A stretch of DNA of 64,000 nt from the IMG/VR virus record IMGVR_UViG_3300006752_000009, one strand, 5' to 3'. This document shows positions 1 to 9,500 of the stretch, one piece after another (positions within the stretch are counted from its first letter, which is position 1; each line of letters begins with the position of its first letter). The position numbers and the translations under genes are program-made. The notes under the pieces are model-generated. The model saw only the letters and a program-made list of their open reading frames with translations, had not been told where the DNA came from and ran no database searches. The stretch is from a virus (lineage: Duplodnaviria > Caudoviricetes).

Positions 1-7
1 TCTACAA

Positions 8-889
8 ATGTTAATTATACTTTCCCCGACATCACAGTTAGCTACTGACACTCTTAGGCTGTCAAATCCTCCTGCACTATCGGTAGAAGCAGAATATGGT
101 GGGTTCGTCCTTGAGGGTACAAAATACACTGCCGCTCATCACCAACCACTCGGATCACCTTATGTCGGTCGCCATGTCACCCCCTTTGGTAGACCTGCAC
201 CTTGTAATGACTCCAATATACCAAAGCTCAATGATAATGAAGTAGCCATCATCTCACACCTCGACATCGACACTCTTGGTGGACTTATGAGAGCTACAGA
301 TCAGTTCGAGGATAACCCTGTCTTTTGGTTCTATGCTGAACATATCGACACCAATGGCATCCACAAGGCAAGACAAGACCACCCCTGTTGGGTTCTATAT
401 AATGGACTTAACGCATGGATCAATGAAAACTATCCAGAGATAGACACAAAGAGAAACAACGATGTGACCGATTTCTGCTACAAAGCATTCGACTTCATTA
501 AAGAAATGCTTAATGACGGTCTGCTTGCTACTCGAATGGGTAATGCTCACATCTATCTCCAAGAAAAGCTCGATGAGTCCTCCTTTGTAGAGATGAAACC
601 ATGTGGTCTGATCGTTAGACGAACAAGAGGTGAAAAGGTAAATCATCTCTATCGTGGAGAAAATGCGATCATCACTTACGATGAAAAATATAAGAAGATT
701 AGGATTTCTACTGCTGACCCCATTCCAAACCTATCTTGTAGACGACTCGTTCAAGAATGGTGGGGTGATAGAGCTGGTGGACACGATCAGATCGCAGGTT
801 CTGCAAGAGGCCAAATCATGTCCGAAGATCAGTTTAGGGAGGCAATAGAAAGGTTTGAAACTGAACTAACTAGAGCATTACAAAGGTAA
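8..889 (+). CDS. DHH/DHHA1-like phosphoesterase
   Basis: SHLDIDTLGG resembles the DHH metal-binding HxxxDxD motif; C-terminal GGH (GGHDQIAGS) is typical of DHHA1 domains. Confidence 0.5.
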   Translation: MLIILSPTSQLATDTLRLSNPPALSVEAEYGGFVLEGTKYTAAHHQPLGSPYVGRHVTPFGRPAPCNDSNIPKLNDNEVAIISHLDIDTLGGLMRATDQFEDNPVFWFYAEHIDTNGIHKARQDHPCWVLYNGLNAWINENYPEIDTKRNNDVTDFCYKAFDFIKEMLNDGLLATRMGNAHIYLQEKLDESSFVEMKPCGLIVRRTRGEKVNHLYRGENAIITYDEKYKKIRISTADPIPNLSCRRLVQEWWGDRAGGHDQIAGSARGQIMSEDQFREAIERFETELTRALQR

Positions 890-892
890 TAA

Positions 893-1933
893 ATGGCTTT
901 CACAGAAAAAGTAAACAACATTAGAAGGGCAAAAAGCCACATCGTTCAAACTTTCCATGAGATCTTTGAAGAGTTTGATGAACTTTGGGAAAAGAATCCT
1001 CACGAAACAGCCACAGGCATAATCAATGAGGTCTTAAAAGAAAGCGGATTTGATCAGTGGATCTGTGAACACATGAATAGGGATGTTTGGATCAGTGGAG
1101 CTGATCAATGCCTTATGGTGTGGGTAAAAACACGAAACTACAAGACCCATATTGATGTAACGATTGCCTGTCGTGGTTCAGCAAAGAACCTAAAACTAGA
1201 CACACACAAGCCTCTATGGAAAATGATTGATTTGCTCCTAAGTACGATTAGAGGATCTTACTTCAAAACTAGAGAGGTCGGATTTGAACAGCTTTTAGAA
1301 ATCTATTCATTAGAACGATTAGAGGGCATAAAAGAAGATCTAAAAGATCAAGTAGACAGGAAAGCAAGAGTCATCATCAATCAACAAAGCCAAGAGGTCA
1401 AAGATGAACTCAATGACTTGTTCACTGATGTTGAACTCGAAAAGAAGCTGAAGCACATCCAAAATAACATCCCAACACTCACAACATATTACGATTGGGA
1501 GATGGGTCAAAATGGAGTTACAAAAAGATACTACTCAAAGCAACTCTCGGACTTAGGGAAGAGGCTTTATAAAGAGTGCTTAGAAGATCGCTTACTTATG
1601 ATTAACTTCTTAGGGAGCGTTATTATGGAATGTGGGGCGAAGCGAGTTCGTTGCACTAGAAGAACCAAACCAACGAGTCCAGATCGAAGCCCTACTTTTC
1701 TGTTTGAAAAAAATGGAAAGACCCTCTATGTGCGTTTCTTTCCTGTGTGCATCAATCTCAGCCCAAGAGAAAACTCTTTTGATGACGAAAATGAGATTGA
1801 TCTGCCCGAAAATAACCCCGATAAATTCGATATACTCTCAAGCATCGAAAGTCATTGGGAACATCTATACGGAGAAAACAAAACTCCGTACCTCAACTGG
1901 ACAATCGAAAACCCATATGGTTGGGTAGATTAA
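893..1933 (+). CDS. hypothetical protein
   Basis: 346-aa ORF starting 3 nt after the upstream stop; no recognised motif. Confidence 0.6.
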   Translation: MAFTEKVNNIRRAKSHIVQTFHEIFEEFDELWEKNPHETATGIINEVLKESGFDQWICEHMNRDVWISGADQCLMVWVKTRNYKTHIDVTIACRGSAKNLKLDTHKPLWKMIDLLLSTIRGSYFKTREVGFEQLLEIYSLERLEGIKEDLKDQVDRKARVIINQQSQEVKDELNDLFTDVELEKKLKHIQNNIPTLTTYYDWEMGQNGVTKRYYSKQLSDLGKRLYKECLEDRLLMINFLGSVIMECGAKRVRCTRRTKPTSPDRSPTFLFEKNGKTLYVRFFPVCINLSPRENSFDDENEIDLPENNPDKFDILSSIESHWEHLYGENKTPYLNWTIENPYGWVD

Positions 1934-2655
1934 GAAGAAGCCATACCAAAGAAGTAATAACCCTCAACTTTACCTACCTTCTTTTGAATCCTCTTACCAC
2001 TTACAGTGTAAGTAGCAAGTTTAGAAGATTCAGCATAAGACATACCACCTTGATCTTGTACTTTTAAAATACGAACAACTTGACCAGGATCAATGTTGTT
2101 TGGGCTTTCAAGTAACTCTTTCGTAGAGGCAACAGCCTCTTTCTTTGTAGAATACTTTTTATTAGTATTGCTACTCCTAATATAAAAAACTTCACCATTT
2201 GGTTTATCTGTCGTGATCTTCCTTTTTCCCGCAGGAGTAGTTAAAACTACACCTCCGTTCCAAGGGATTTCAACCTCAATGACTGCTCCTGCTCTCTTCT
2301 TCCCACCCATCATTTTCTCTTGAACCATCTTTTTTGCTTCTTCTTTATTTCGTGCCTTCACCTTTACTTCAAATTCCTTTTCGGCAACAACCTTTTCTTC
2401 TCCGAAAGCAACACAACCAGCGTCATCCCACTTGCCATAGTCATCATAATGCTCGTCAGCATACTCTTGAGCTTTCTTCTTAGACATAACTTCACGAGTA
2501 GCCATAGTGAAACCGCCTTTTTCAGCAATGGTTCCAGTATAACCACCACTTCCATACTCGTATCGAGCTTCTTGTACGAGTTCAGCGAATACTCGGTTTG
2601 CGTTTGCACCATAGCCAGAATTGACAAAGCCATCTGCTCCTGCTTGTTTCTTCAT
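1930..2655 (-). CDS. phage hypothetical protein (YEYGSGGYTGTIAEK motif) with short KKQA leader
   Basis: Start moved from 2694 to ATG 2655 (AAGGAG RBS upstream); promoter-like class A box at 2703-2716. Confidence 0.65.
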   Translation of the reverse strand: MKKQAGADGFVNSGYGANANRVFAELVQEARYEYGSGGYTGTIAEKGGFTMATREVMSKKKAQEYADEHYDDYGKWDDAGCVAFGEEKVVAEKEFEVKVKARNKEEAKKMVQEKMMGGKKRAGAVIEVEIPWNGGVVLTTPAGKRKITTDKPNGEVFYIRSSNTNKKYSTKKEAVASTKELLESPNNIDPGQVVRILKVQDQGGMSYAESSKLATYTVSGKRIQKKVGKVEGYYFFGMASS

Positions 2656-2722
2656 AACATTTCTCCTTGTGTGCCGTGTTAAATCAACACCCATGAGGAG
2701 TTATAAAGAAACTACAAAAGCA

Positions 2723-2743
2723 CTAGGCGATCTCTGACCAATC
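2723..2743 (-). repeat. 21-nt direct repeat of the nrdB 3' end (GGATTGGTCAGA[A/G]ATCGCCTA)
   Basis: Other copy at about 3906-3926; both genes end DWSEIA*. Confidence 0.9.
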
Positions 2744-3820
2744 CAAATCCCTAGCCTTAATCGAATCATATCCTCGCCTACTACCTAACTCCCAATCAAC
2801 ACTCGCTAACAATAACCTCTTAGCTGTACCCCTACCCAAAAATACGGTCTGCTTCTTAAGGTTGTTCCTCAAAGTGATGTTCACACTCTTAAAGAGATAA
2901 CCCTCTTTGAGCTTGTTAATGTAGTCTTCACGACACACTTCCTCTACATCACCCTCTAAGTTGATTAACTTCACAGGCTTACTAGACCAACTGCTCACTT
3001 GACCGTTAGCCTTAGCCTCCTTGACTCCAGATAACTTAGAGATCACATCATAGTTCACACGCTCTAAATCAAAGTGCGTTCCAAACTTGAACCCATGATC
3101 CAAAACAAGATGCTTCACCACATCATGTTGACCACAACTATATATCCCAATGTCTTCTCTATGAATGTTCACAACTCCCTTAGAGCAAAGCGACCAACCC
3201 AACCTAAAGTAATCAGATAACTCACCTCTAGGGATCTCAACCTCTACACCTGTACGCACCATCGCTATCGTATCTGGTTTGTTCTTGCTATGTAGCTTTG
3301 CTCTTTTCTTCGGACAGTTTGCAGATGCTTTGATCCTAGCCCTCACCTCTGGATCTTTTAGAGCCTTTTTGTGCGAATCATGCCATCTTTGGCGAGGTTC
3401 ACCCTCTCTTGAAGCTAAAACACGCTCCCGATAACTCTCATCTTCCCATAGTTCCTTACCTCTTTTACTCATCTCCATCTTCACGATAGGATTAGAGCAA
3501 TAGTGTTTCAAAGCGTTAGAGGATGAACCCATGCCCCCACTGTTCATGTTCAAACAAAGTGGGTCATGGTCAGAACCCCCGATATATTTCTCACCAACCA
3601 ACTCGGCTTCATAAGCGTAAGCGTCATCCTCGTTCTCAAAGACCCTAATGATTTCTTTTTCAAACTCATTAGGGTGAGCTTTCATTTTACGCAAGAGCAA
3701 GAGTCCAGAGCCTTGATACTTACTCCCATCGGGATCACGATCTGAGTAAGTTCCTTTACCCAAGTAATACTCGCCTGTCCTCTTGTTGAACTGACGATAT
3801 ACATAATAACCTTTTGCCAT
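2723..3820 (-). mobile_element. free-standing GIY-YIG (Seg-like) homing endonuclease
   Basis: N-terminal YYVY...YYLG, YQGSG, E..L and LCLNM motifs of the GIY-YIG fold, followed by a basic DNA-binding region; directly downstream of nrdB; start placed at MAKG (3820). Confidence 0.85.
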
Positions 3821-3904
3821 TTCAATGCCTTTCAAAGAAGTTATTGAAAAGCGTACCAAAACGACAAATGTTAGTCAAGAACTAAAGGTCATAAATACCT
3901 ATTT

Positions 3905-4879
3905 TTAGGCGATTTCTGACCAATCCCATTCACCTACAAGACCGTTGGCGGAGTAGTCTGACACAACCCCCTCAAAGAAGTTCTTGAAAGAGTCACCACT
4001 TACGACCCAATCGAGCCATTGGAGTGGATTTTTCTTTTGTTTGAAGACGGGTTTAAGTCCGAGTTGTAGAAGTCTACGATCAGCGAGGTATCGGACATAG
4101 GTTTTGAGATCATCTGAAGTGAGATCATTGATAGCACCGTTATGATTATAAACGAGGTCAATGAGTTTATCTTCTAGTTCAACAGCCTTCTCATAGTTTG
4201 TGTAGATGTAGCTCTTAAGTTTATCGGTCACAACACGAGGGTGTTCTTCACAATAAGCATGAAAGAGCTTTGTCATACCCTCTACATGAGTAGATTCATC
4301 TCTAATGCTCCATTCCACGATCTCGCACATACCTTTCATCTTCCCGAACCGTTGGAAGTTGAGGAGCATAACGAAAGCAGAGAATAAGCTCATGCCCTCG
4401 TTACATACAGATCGGGCAAGCTCAAATGCGATGTTGGTGATACGACCTAAACCTTCTGGTGCTTGAGTCATAAACTCGATCTTCTCACGCATCTCATCAA
4501 ACTCTAGGAACGCAGAGTATTCTTTAACTGCAAGTCCTAGAGTGTCATTTAATAGTGCGTATGCTCTTTGATGTGTTCCTTCACGATTAGCGAAGGATAA
4601 GAGCATATTTCTGATCTCGTTGTTCTTGAACTCTTTGATAAAGATGTCGCAGTAGTTCCCACCGACAGCAACATCGGATTGAGTGAAGATCCGTAGGATT
4701 TGTGTGATGTGTTGTTTCTCCGAGTCAGAAATCTGACCACCTTTCCATTGGTTCACATCTTCCTGTAGCTTCGCCTCCCAAGTTCCCCAATGAATTTTCT
4801 CGTGTTCCTCTGCGATGTTCATCGCCCAAGGATACTGAAATGGCTTGTAAGTTGTACTGAACTCAAGTAGTCCTGCCAT
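3905..4879 (-). CDS. nrdB: ribonucleotide reductase class I beta subunit
   Basis: Di-iron motifs (D..V, E..H.RAY, E.MSLFS.F, RDES.H), C-terminal NFFE..V.DY. Confidence 0.97.
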   Translation of the reverse strand: MAGLLEFSTTYKPFQYPWAMNIAEEHEKIHWGTWEAKLQEDVNQWKGGQISDSEKQHITQILRIFTQSDVAVGGNYCDIFIKEFKNNEIRNMLLSFANREGTHQRAYALLNDTLGLAVKEYSAFLEFDEMREKIEFMTQAPEGLGRITNIAFELARSVCNEGMSLFSAFVMLLNFQRFGKMKGMCEIVEWSIRDESTHVEGMTKLFHAYCEEHPRVVTDKLKSYIYTNYEKAVELEDKLIDLVYNHNGAINDLTSDDLKTYVRYLADRRLLQLGLKPVFKQKKNPLQWLDWVVSGDSFKNFFEGVVSDYSANGLVGEWDWSEIA

Positions 4880-4945
4880 GTTCTTAACCTCTCGTTATAG
4901 AGTTGAATGTTATTGATACCACCCTACAATGAGAGAATATAAAAA

Positions 4946-5542
4946 CTACAAATCACCCATCTTCTCTTTGAGAACCTTCTTATACTCCGACCATGATCTC
5001 CTAAAGGTTCGCATGAAGCCCTCAAGATCATCGTAGAGGCTAGATGGATTGAGTACACCTGTGAGCTTCGGCAAGTTCCAACCCCCACTGAAGATGTTAT
5101 CAAGAAACTCCTGTGCATCTTTATGCCCTGTATGCTCTCGCTCATCGTTGAAGTTGATCAAATACTCGACTACATCTTCACCGTAGCTAAACTCTATGTC
5201 GATCTGTAAGCGATCTTCATCACAGAGCATCACCCCACAAAAGTCACACTCTTCCTCGACTGTTTCCTCGACTCTAAAGCCAAGCTCATGCAAGAGCTTA
5301 AGAAACGCTCCGATAGCGTAAAAGGTGTTTTGGTTTTCAAGCACCTCGTCTGAGACACCACGAACACCATTACGCTTCTCGGTCATCCGTTGCTCTATGA
5401 GATTTTGTCGAGCGTTTTCCTCGATAGCACACTCAAACATAAGTCCGTATGTGCGAAATGTGTCTTCAACACCTTTAAGTGCAGTGTCAGTTTCAAGAAA
5501 GTCTGCGAAGATGAACTTCTCGTCATCATGGATCTCATTCAT
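4946..5542 (-). CDS. hypothetical protein
   Basis: 198-aa ORF with AGGAGG RBS; class B box at 5567-5583. Confidence 0.6.
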   Translation of the reverse strand: MNEIHDDEKFIFADFLETDTALKGVEDTFRTYGLMFECAIEENARQNLIEQRMTEKRNGVRGVSDEVLENQNTFYAIGAFLKLLHELGFRVEETVEEECDFCGVMLCDEDRLQIDIEFSYGEDVVEYLINFNDEREHTGHKDAQEFLDNIFSGGWNLPKLTGVLNPSSLYDDLEGFMRTFRRSWSEYKKVLKEKMGDL

Positions 5543-5663
5543 ATTGTCCTCCTGTTCTAAGGGGCGATAGATAAGGGGTTACATCTGCAACCTCTAAACT
5601 ACTAACGCTTCCTAGAACACAAAACGGACAATTTTTCTTTTTCAAACTTAGAAAAAAGTTTTT

Positions 5664-6218
5664 TTACTGACCAAAGTCCCAAGGAAGGTCGTACATATCT
5701 TGACCCGAACGAGCGTCTTTCCAACCAACTCGTGCTTGGATAGAACCACGAGCAGGAATGATTTCTCCCTTAGCTAGAAGCTCGTTACTGTATTTAGCTC
5801 CGACACCATTAGTAGCAATCGTGATATGTGGGTCATCATTCTTAACAAGTCGAGCTAAAGGACCTTGAGGCTCAACAAGAACAGCCATACCCTTATCGTC
5901 ATGTGCGTAGCCCACGATGTTAAGAACAACATTCTTACCGATAAGATCAGCATAAGGCTCAAGGATGTTAGACTCAGCACGACCCTCTCTCTTGAGAGCT
6001 TTCTTTTCCTTCTTATCAAAGAACTCAATGGTCATGTGGTGAGCGGCTACTTTCCAACCCATAGCTTCTGGATCAAGACCCGATTGATCTTGGAACCAGT
6101 TAAGCAAATCTCTCTTATCAATAACAGCTTCGGCAAACATGACGCTTGCAGGTTTATCTTGGGCGAGCTTCCTCATGTGTACAGAAGCGACTCTTCGGAT
6201 CATGCGATTGTAGTTCAT
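5664..6218 (-). CDS. 2H phosphoesterase (cyclic phosphodiesterase) with an RRVAS-type N-terminal leader
   Basis: Two HxT motifs (HHMTI and PHITI) about 65 aa apart; AAGGAG RBS; class A box at 6267-6280. Confidence 0.7.
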   Translation of the reverse strand: MNYNRMIRRVASVHMRKLAQDKPASVMFAEAVIDKRDLLNWFQDQSGLDPEAMGWKVAAHHMTIEFFDKKEKKALKREGRAESNILEPYADLIGKNVVLNIVGYAHDDKGMAVLVEPQGPLARLVKNDDPHITIATNGVGAKYSNELLAKGEIIPARGSIQARVGWKDARSGQDMYDLPWDFGQ

Positions 6219-6285
6219 GTTAAACTCCTTTTAGAGATTGGTTAAACGCATATAAACTAGAGTCATATAAACAATCTACAAATCC

Positions 6286-6302
6286 TGTAACCCCTTATCT
6301 AT
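6286..6302 (+). promoter_or_regulatory. representative class B box TGTAACCCCTTATCTAT
   Basis: Copies at 5567-5583(-), 24638-24654(-), 24921-24936(-), 52458-52474(-), all in intergenic gaps upstream of a gene or the RNA. Confidence 0.65.
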
Positions 6303-6363
6303 GAGATTGTGTGGGAGAGGTATGTAAGCCTTGCCCAAGCCTTACTCCAACAAGGAGATCCAA

Positions 6364-8490
6364 ATGAGAGTTTTCAAGAACAAGTTCGCCAAAAAGTGTA
6401 ATGTCTGTAAGACCCCTGTAGCTGAGGGTGCAGGGTTCACATATCAGCCACAGGGTGGAGCGTACACCACCATCTGCAATAGCTCTGTATGTCTTGACGC
6501 AAGTCCTGCACAGGTCAAGGCTCTCCTTAACGCACCCTCTGTGCGTGAGATCAATGCACAAGGTGAGATCAAGATGCCTTATGAGGCAGACGCTTTACCT
6601 ATCTTGCGTGGGATGCCTGGAGCAAGGTGGAATGGCGATCTCAAGTGTTGGACTGTAAGTCTTGCACCGAAGGATCGTCAGCGTGTGATGGAGGGTGTGC
6701 GTAGGCTCAACCTCAGCTTCCCTATCGGCTTCGATGGAGTACAGCAAGATAGCTCTGTCTTAGATGCTATCAGTCGAGCCAAAGACGGTGGTGCTTACAC
6801 CTATCAACTTGATGGGGTCAAGTTCCTGTCAAGCCATGAGAACTGCTTGCTTGCAGATGACATGGGTCTTGGGAAGACCCTACAGGCACTCATGGCTATC
6901 GAGATGGGTGGTCGAGCTATCGTACTTTGCCCTGCAACTTTGAAGCTCAATTGGGCAAACGAGGTTCGCAAGTGGAGGTCTGACCTCTCTCCAGTGGTCT
7001 GTAAAGGTCGCAAGGGGTTCAAGCTCCCTCAAGCGAATGAGGTTGTCATCCTCAACTATGAGATCCTCCCTACAGAGATGACTCCTACTGACAAGTGGGG
7101 TGATGACTCTGAGAATGTACCTCAAGCATGGCGAGATGTGCTTGCTCAAACAACCCTTATCGCTGACGAGGCTCACCTCTGTAAGAGCCACAAGGCGATC
7201 CGTAGCAAGCGTACTAAGGTTCTCTCCAACCTCTGTAAGAGGAGTTGGGCGATGACTGGAACTCCCCTCTTGAGCAAAGGTTTTGACCTATGGGGTGTAG
7301 TCAGCACCTTCGGAATGGGTCGCACCATCTTCGGTGGCTTCAAGGGGTTCATCCGAGACATGAACGCTCATCAAAACTACTATGGTGGATGGGAGTTCGG
7401 CACACCTAACCCATGTGTACCAGAGAAGCTCCGTAGGGTCATGCTCCGTAGGACTAAGACTGAGGTCTTGACCAACCTCCCACCTAAGACCTACCAAGAT
7501 GTACTTGTCGAGGTAGGCTCAAAGCGACTCCTCAAGATGAGTGAGAAGATGCTTGAGGCAATGAAGGAGAATGGCTCAAACGCTATCCCCGACTTTAGCG
7601 AGTTCAGTCGCATCCGAGCCGAGCTTGCCGAGTCTCGTATCTCTGCCCTTGAAGAGATGGTTGAGAGCTTCGAGGAGGCTAACGAGCCTGTGGTCGTGTT
7701 CTCTGCACACCGATCACCAATCGAGGCTATGGCAAAGCGTGATGGTTGGGCTGTAATCATGGGGGATACCGACCAAGATGATCGTGAAGATGCTGTTATG
7801 GCTTTCCAAGCTGGAATGCTCAAAGGGATCGCCTGTACCATCAAAGCTGGTGGTGTCGGGATCACCCTCACCAAAGCAAGCAAGATGATCTTCTGTGATC
7901 AAGAGTGGAATCCTGCTCTTAATCTCCAAGCTGAGGATCGTATCTGTCGTATCGGTCAGACTGCTTCTAACTTGCAGTACATCCGACTCGTATCGGACTG
8001 TGCGATGGATCTTCATGTCCTCAAACTCATAGACAAGAAAAAGGCTCTTATCGAGGCATCAATCGAGAAAGAGTGTGGAGCGTTGACCTCAACTGCTACC
8101 ACTAAGGGTGTCGCTATCAAGCAAGAGACTCGTGAGGAGCGTGATGCTCGTATCGCTAAAGCTGTTCAGCGAGACGCTCAAAACGCTGTCTCTAACCAAC
8201 TTACAGAGTGGACTAAGGCAATCCCATCAAAGATCCTCAATCGTTCTGTAGACGCTAACCTACAAGCTCAAATCATCACAGCAAGTGAGTCTCTTGACGG
8301 TGCTTGTGATGGGGCAACCGATAAGGACGGAATGGGGTTCAACAAACCCGACAGCTATGTGATGAAGAACATCAACTCAAGTGGTCTACTCCATGACCTC
8401 GATCAGCAAGACTTGCTCAAGTTCGCTTGGTCAAAACTCCTCAAGTATCGGGGTCAAGTAGGAACTATCGCACCTAGCCTTTACCTATAA
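6364..8490 (+). CDS. SNF2-family helicase/ATPase
   Basis: LLADDMGLGKT, IADEAH, TGTP, MLRRTK, QAEDRICRIGQ; start placed at ATG 6364 after AAGGAG. Confidence 0.93.
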   Translation: MRVFKNKFAKKCNVCKTPVAEGAGFTYQPQGGAYTTICNSSVCLDASPAQVKALLNAPSVREINAQGEIKMPYEADALPILRGMPGARWNGDLKCWTVSLAPKDRQRVMEGVRRLNLSFPIGFDGVQQDSSVLDAISRAKDGGAYTYQLDGVKFLSSHENCLLADDMGLGKTLQALMAIEMGGRAIVLCPATLKLNWANEVRKWRSDLSPVVCKGRKGFKLPQANEVVILNYEILPTEMTPTDKWGDDSENVPQAWRDVLAQTTLIADEAHLCKSHKAIRSKRTKVLSNLCKRSWAMTGTPLLSKGFDLWGVVSTFGMGRTIFGGFKGFIRDMNAHQNYYGGWEFGTPNPCVPEKLRRVMLRRTKTEVLTNLPPKTYQDVLVEVGSKRLLKMSEKMLEAMKENGSNAIPDFSEFSRIRAELAESRISALEEMVESFEEANEPVVVFSAHRSPIEAMAKRDGWAVIMGDTDQDDREDAVMAFQAGMLKGIACTIKAGGVGITLTKASKMIFCDQEWNPALNLQAEDRICRIGQTASNLQYIRLVSDCAMDLHVLKLIDKKKALIEASIEKECGALTSTATTKGVAIKQETREERDARIAKAVQRDAQNAVSNQLTEWTKAIPSKILNRSVDANLQAQIITASESLDGACDGATDKDGMGFNKPDSYVMKNINSSGLLHDLDQQDLLKFAWSKLLKYRGQVGTIAPSLYL

Positions 8491-8502
8491 GGAAGAATAA
8501 CA

Positions 8503-9024
8503 ATGACAAAAGTAATGTATATACATGGACTAGAGGGAGAACCTAATGGAGTGAAAGGGTCGTACTGTCAGACCCATTACAACGCAGTCGCTCCACAGAT
8601 ACCAGCCACCTTAGAGTCTCTTATGAGGAGTCGTAAAGACTGTATCAAGACCTGCTATAAAATCGCTAAAAAAGCTGTCCTATCCCATAAGCCCGACATC
8701 ATCATCGGGTCGAGCTTTGGAGGAGGGATCACTATGGCTCTTATGCAGAACAATGTCCATAAAGGTAAGGCAATCTTACTCGCACCTGCTGGTGTTAAAT
8801 ATGGACTTCCAACCCTAATCCCAAAAGGAAACCGAGTGGTTATCCTCCATGACCCCACAGACGACATCGTACCTTTTAAGGACAGCGTTCGTATCTATGG
8901 AGACAATATACTTGATGGGTGTGATGTTAAGCTCATCAAAACAGATGGAGGACACCGACTCATCAACCTCACAACCGATGGTCTATTAGACCAAGTGGTT
9001 CTTAGTCTAAGCGAAGATCAATGA
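8503..9024 (+). CDS. alpha/beta hydrolase (YqiA/UPF0227-like esterase)
   Basis: YIHGL oxyanion motif, GSSFGG nucleophile elbow, D (HDPTDD) and H (GGH). Confidence 0.8.
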   Translation: MTKVMYIHGLEGEPNGVKGSYCQTHYNAVAPQIPATLESLMRSRKDCIKTCYKIAKKAVLSHKPDIIIGSSFGGGITMALMQNNVHKGKAILLAPAGVKYGLPTLIPKGNRVVILHDPTDDIVPFKDSVRIYGDNILDGCDVKLIKTDGGHRLINLTTDGLLDQVVLSLSEDQ

Positions 9025-9343
9025 TGCCACTGTGTTGCCTCTTAACATAATTAAGACCATCACTATAGAAAGAATCTTCTGAGTCAATCTCCACATCAAG
9101 GATCTCAACACTACTTCCATTTGCTTTGAAGGTAACAGCGGCCCAACCTTCCACACCTTCTCGTGGATTACCTTCACCATCGTACTGATAGTCATAACCC
9201 GCAAAGTCCTCTAACTCTGGCTCATCATCATCGTCTGACTCTTGCCACTCCTCATATGCCTCCTCATACTCCTGCACAGCGTTTTGATGGTCATCCCATT
9301 CCTCTGCACTTGTTTCTGAGTAAAGAGTTAAGTCAAATCCCAT
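9002..9343 (-). CDS. acidic hypothetical protein behind a leader-cassette-type upstream module
   Basis: 113-aa D/E-rich ORF; 9445-9500 matches the conserved cassette 5' module. Confidence 0.6.
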   Translation of the reverse strand: MGFDLTLYSETSAEEWDDHQNAVQEYEEAYEEWQESDDDDEPELEDFAGYDYQYDGEGNPREGVEGWAAVTFKANGSSVEILDVEIDSEDSFYSDGLNYVKRQHSGIIDLRLD

Positions 9344-9500
9344 GACAAAGTAATCTTCTCTTTGGCTGTAACCAAGATAACACTCTTGAGTCCAGTTTAT
9401 CTCAAGATCGTTATTAAAATTGAGATCAGATTTTTAAAGAAATCATATCCATTTGGTTTAAGGTTAATGTGATCACTTATGTGGGTTCATAAAGAAACTA

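Noticed and set aside
9425-9445. Programmed -1 frameshift at T TTA AAA upstream of the 9002-9343 ORF
   Set aside because: A -1 shift leads to a frame that stops after about 12 codons; joining the ORF needs +1
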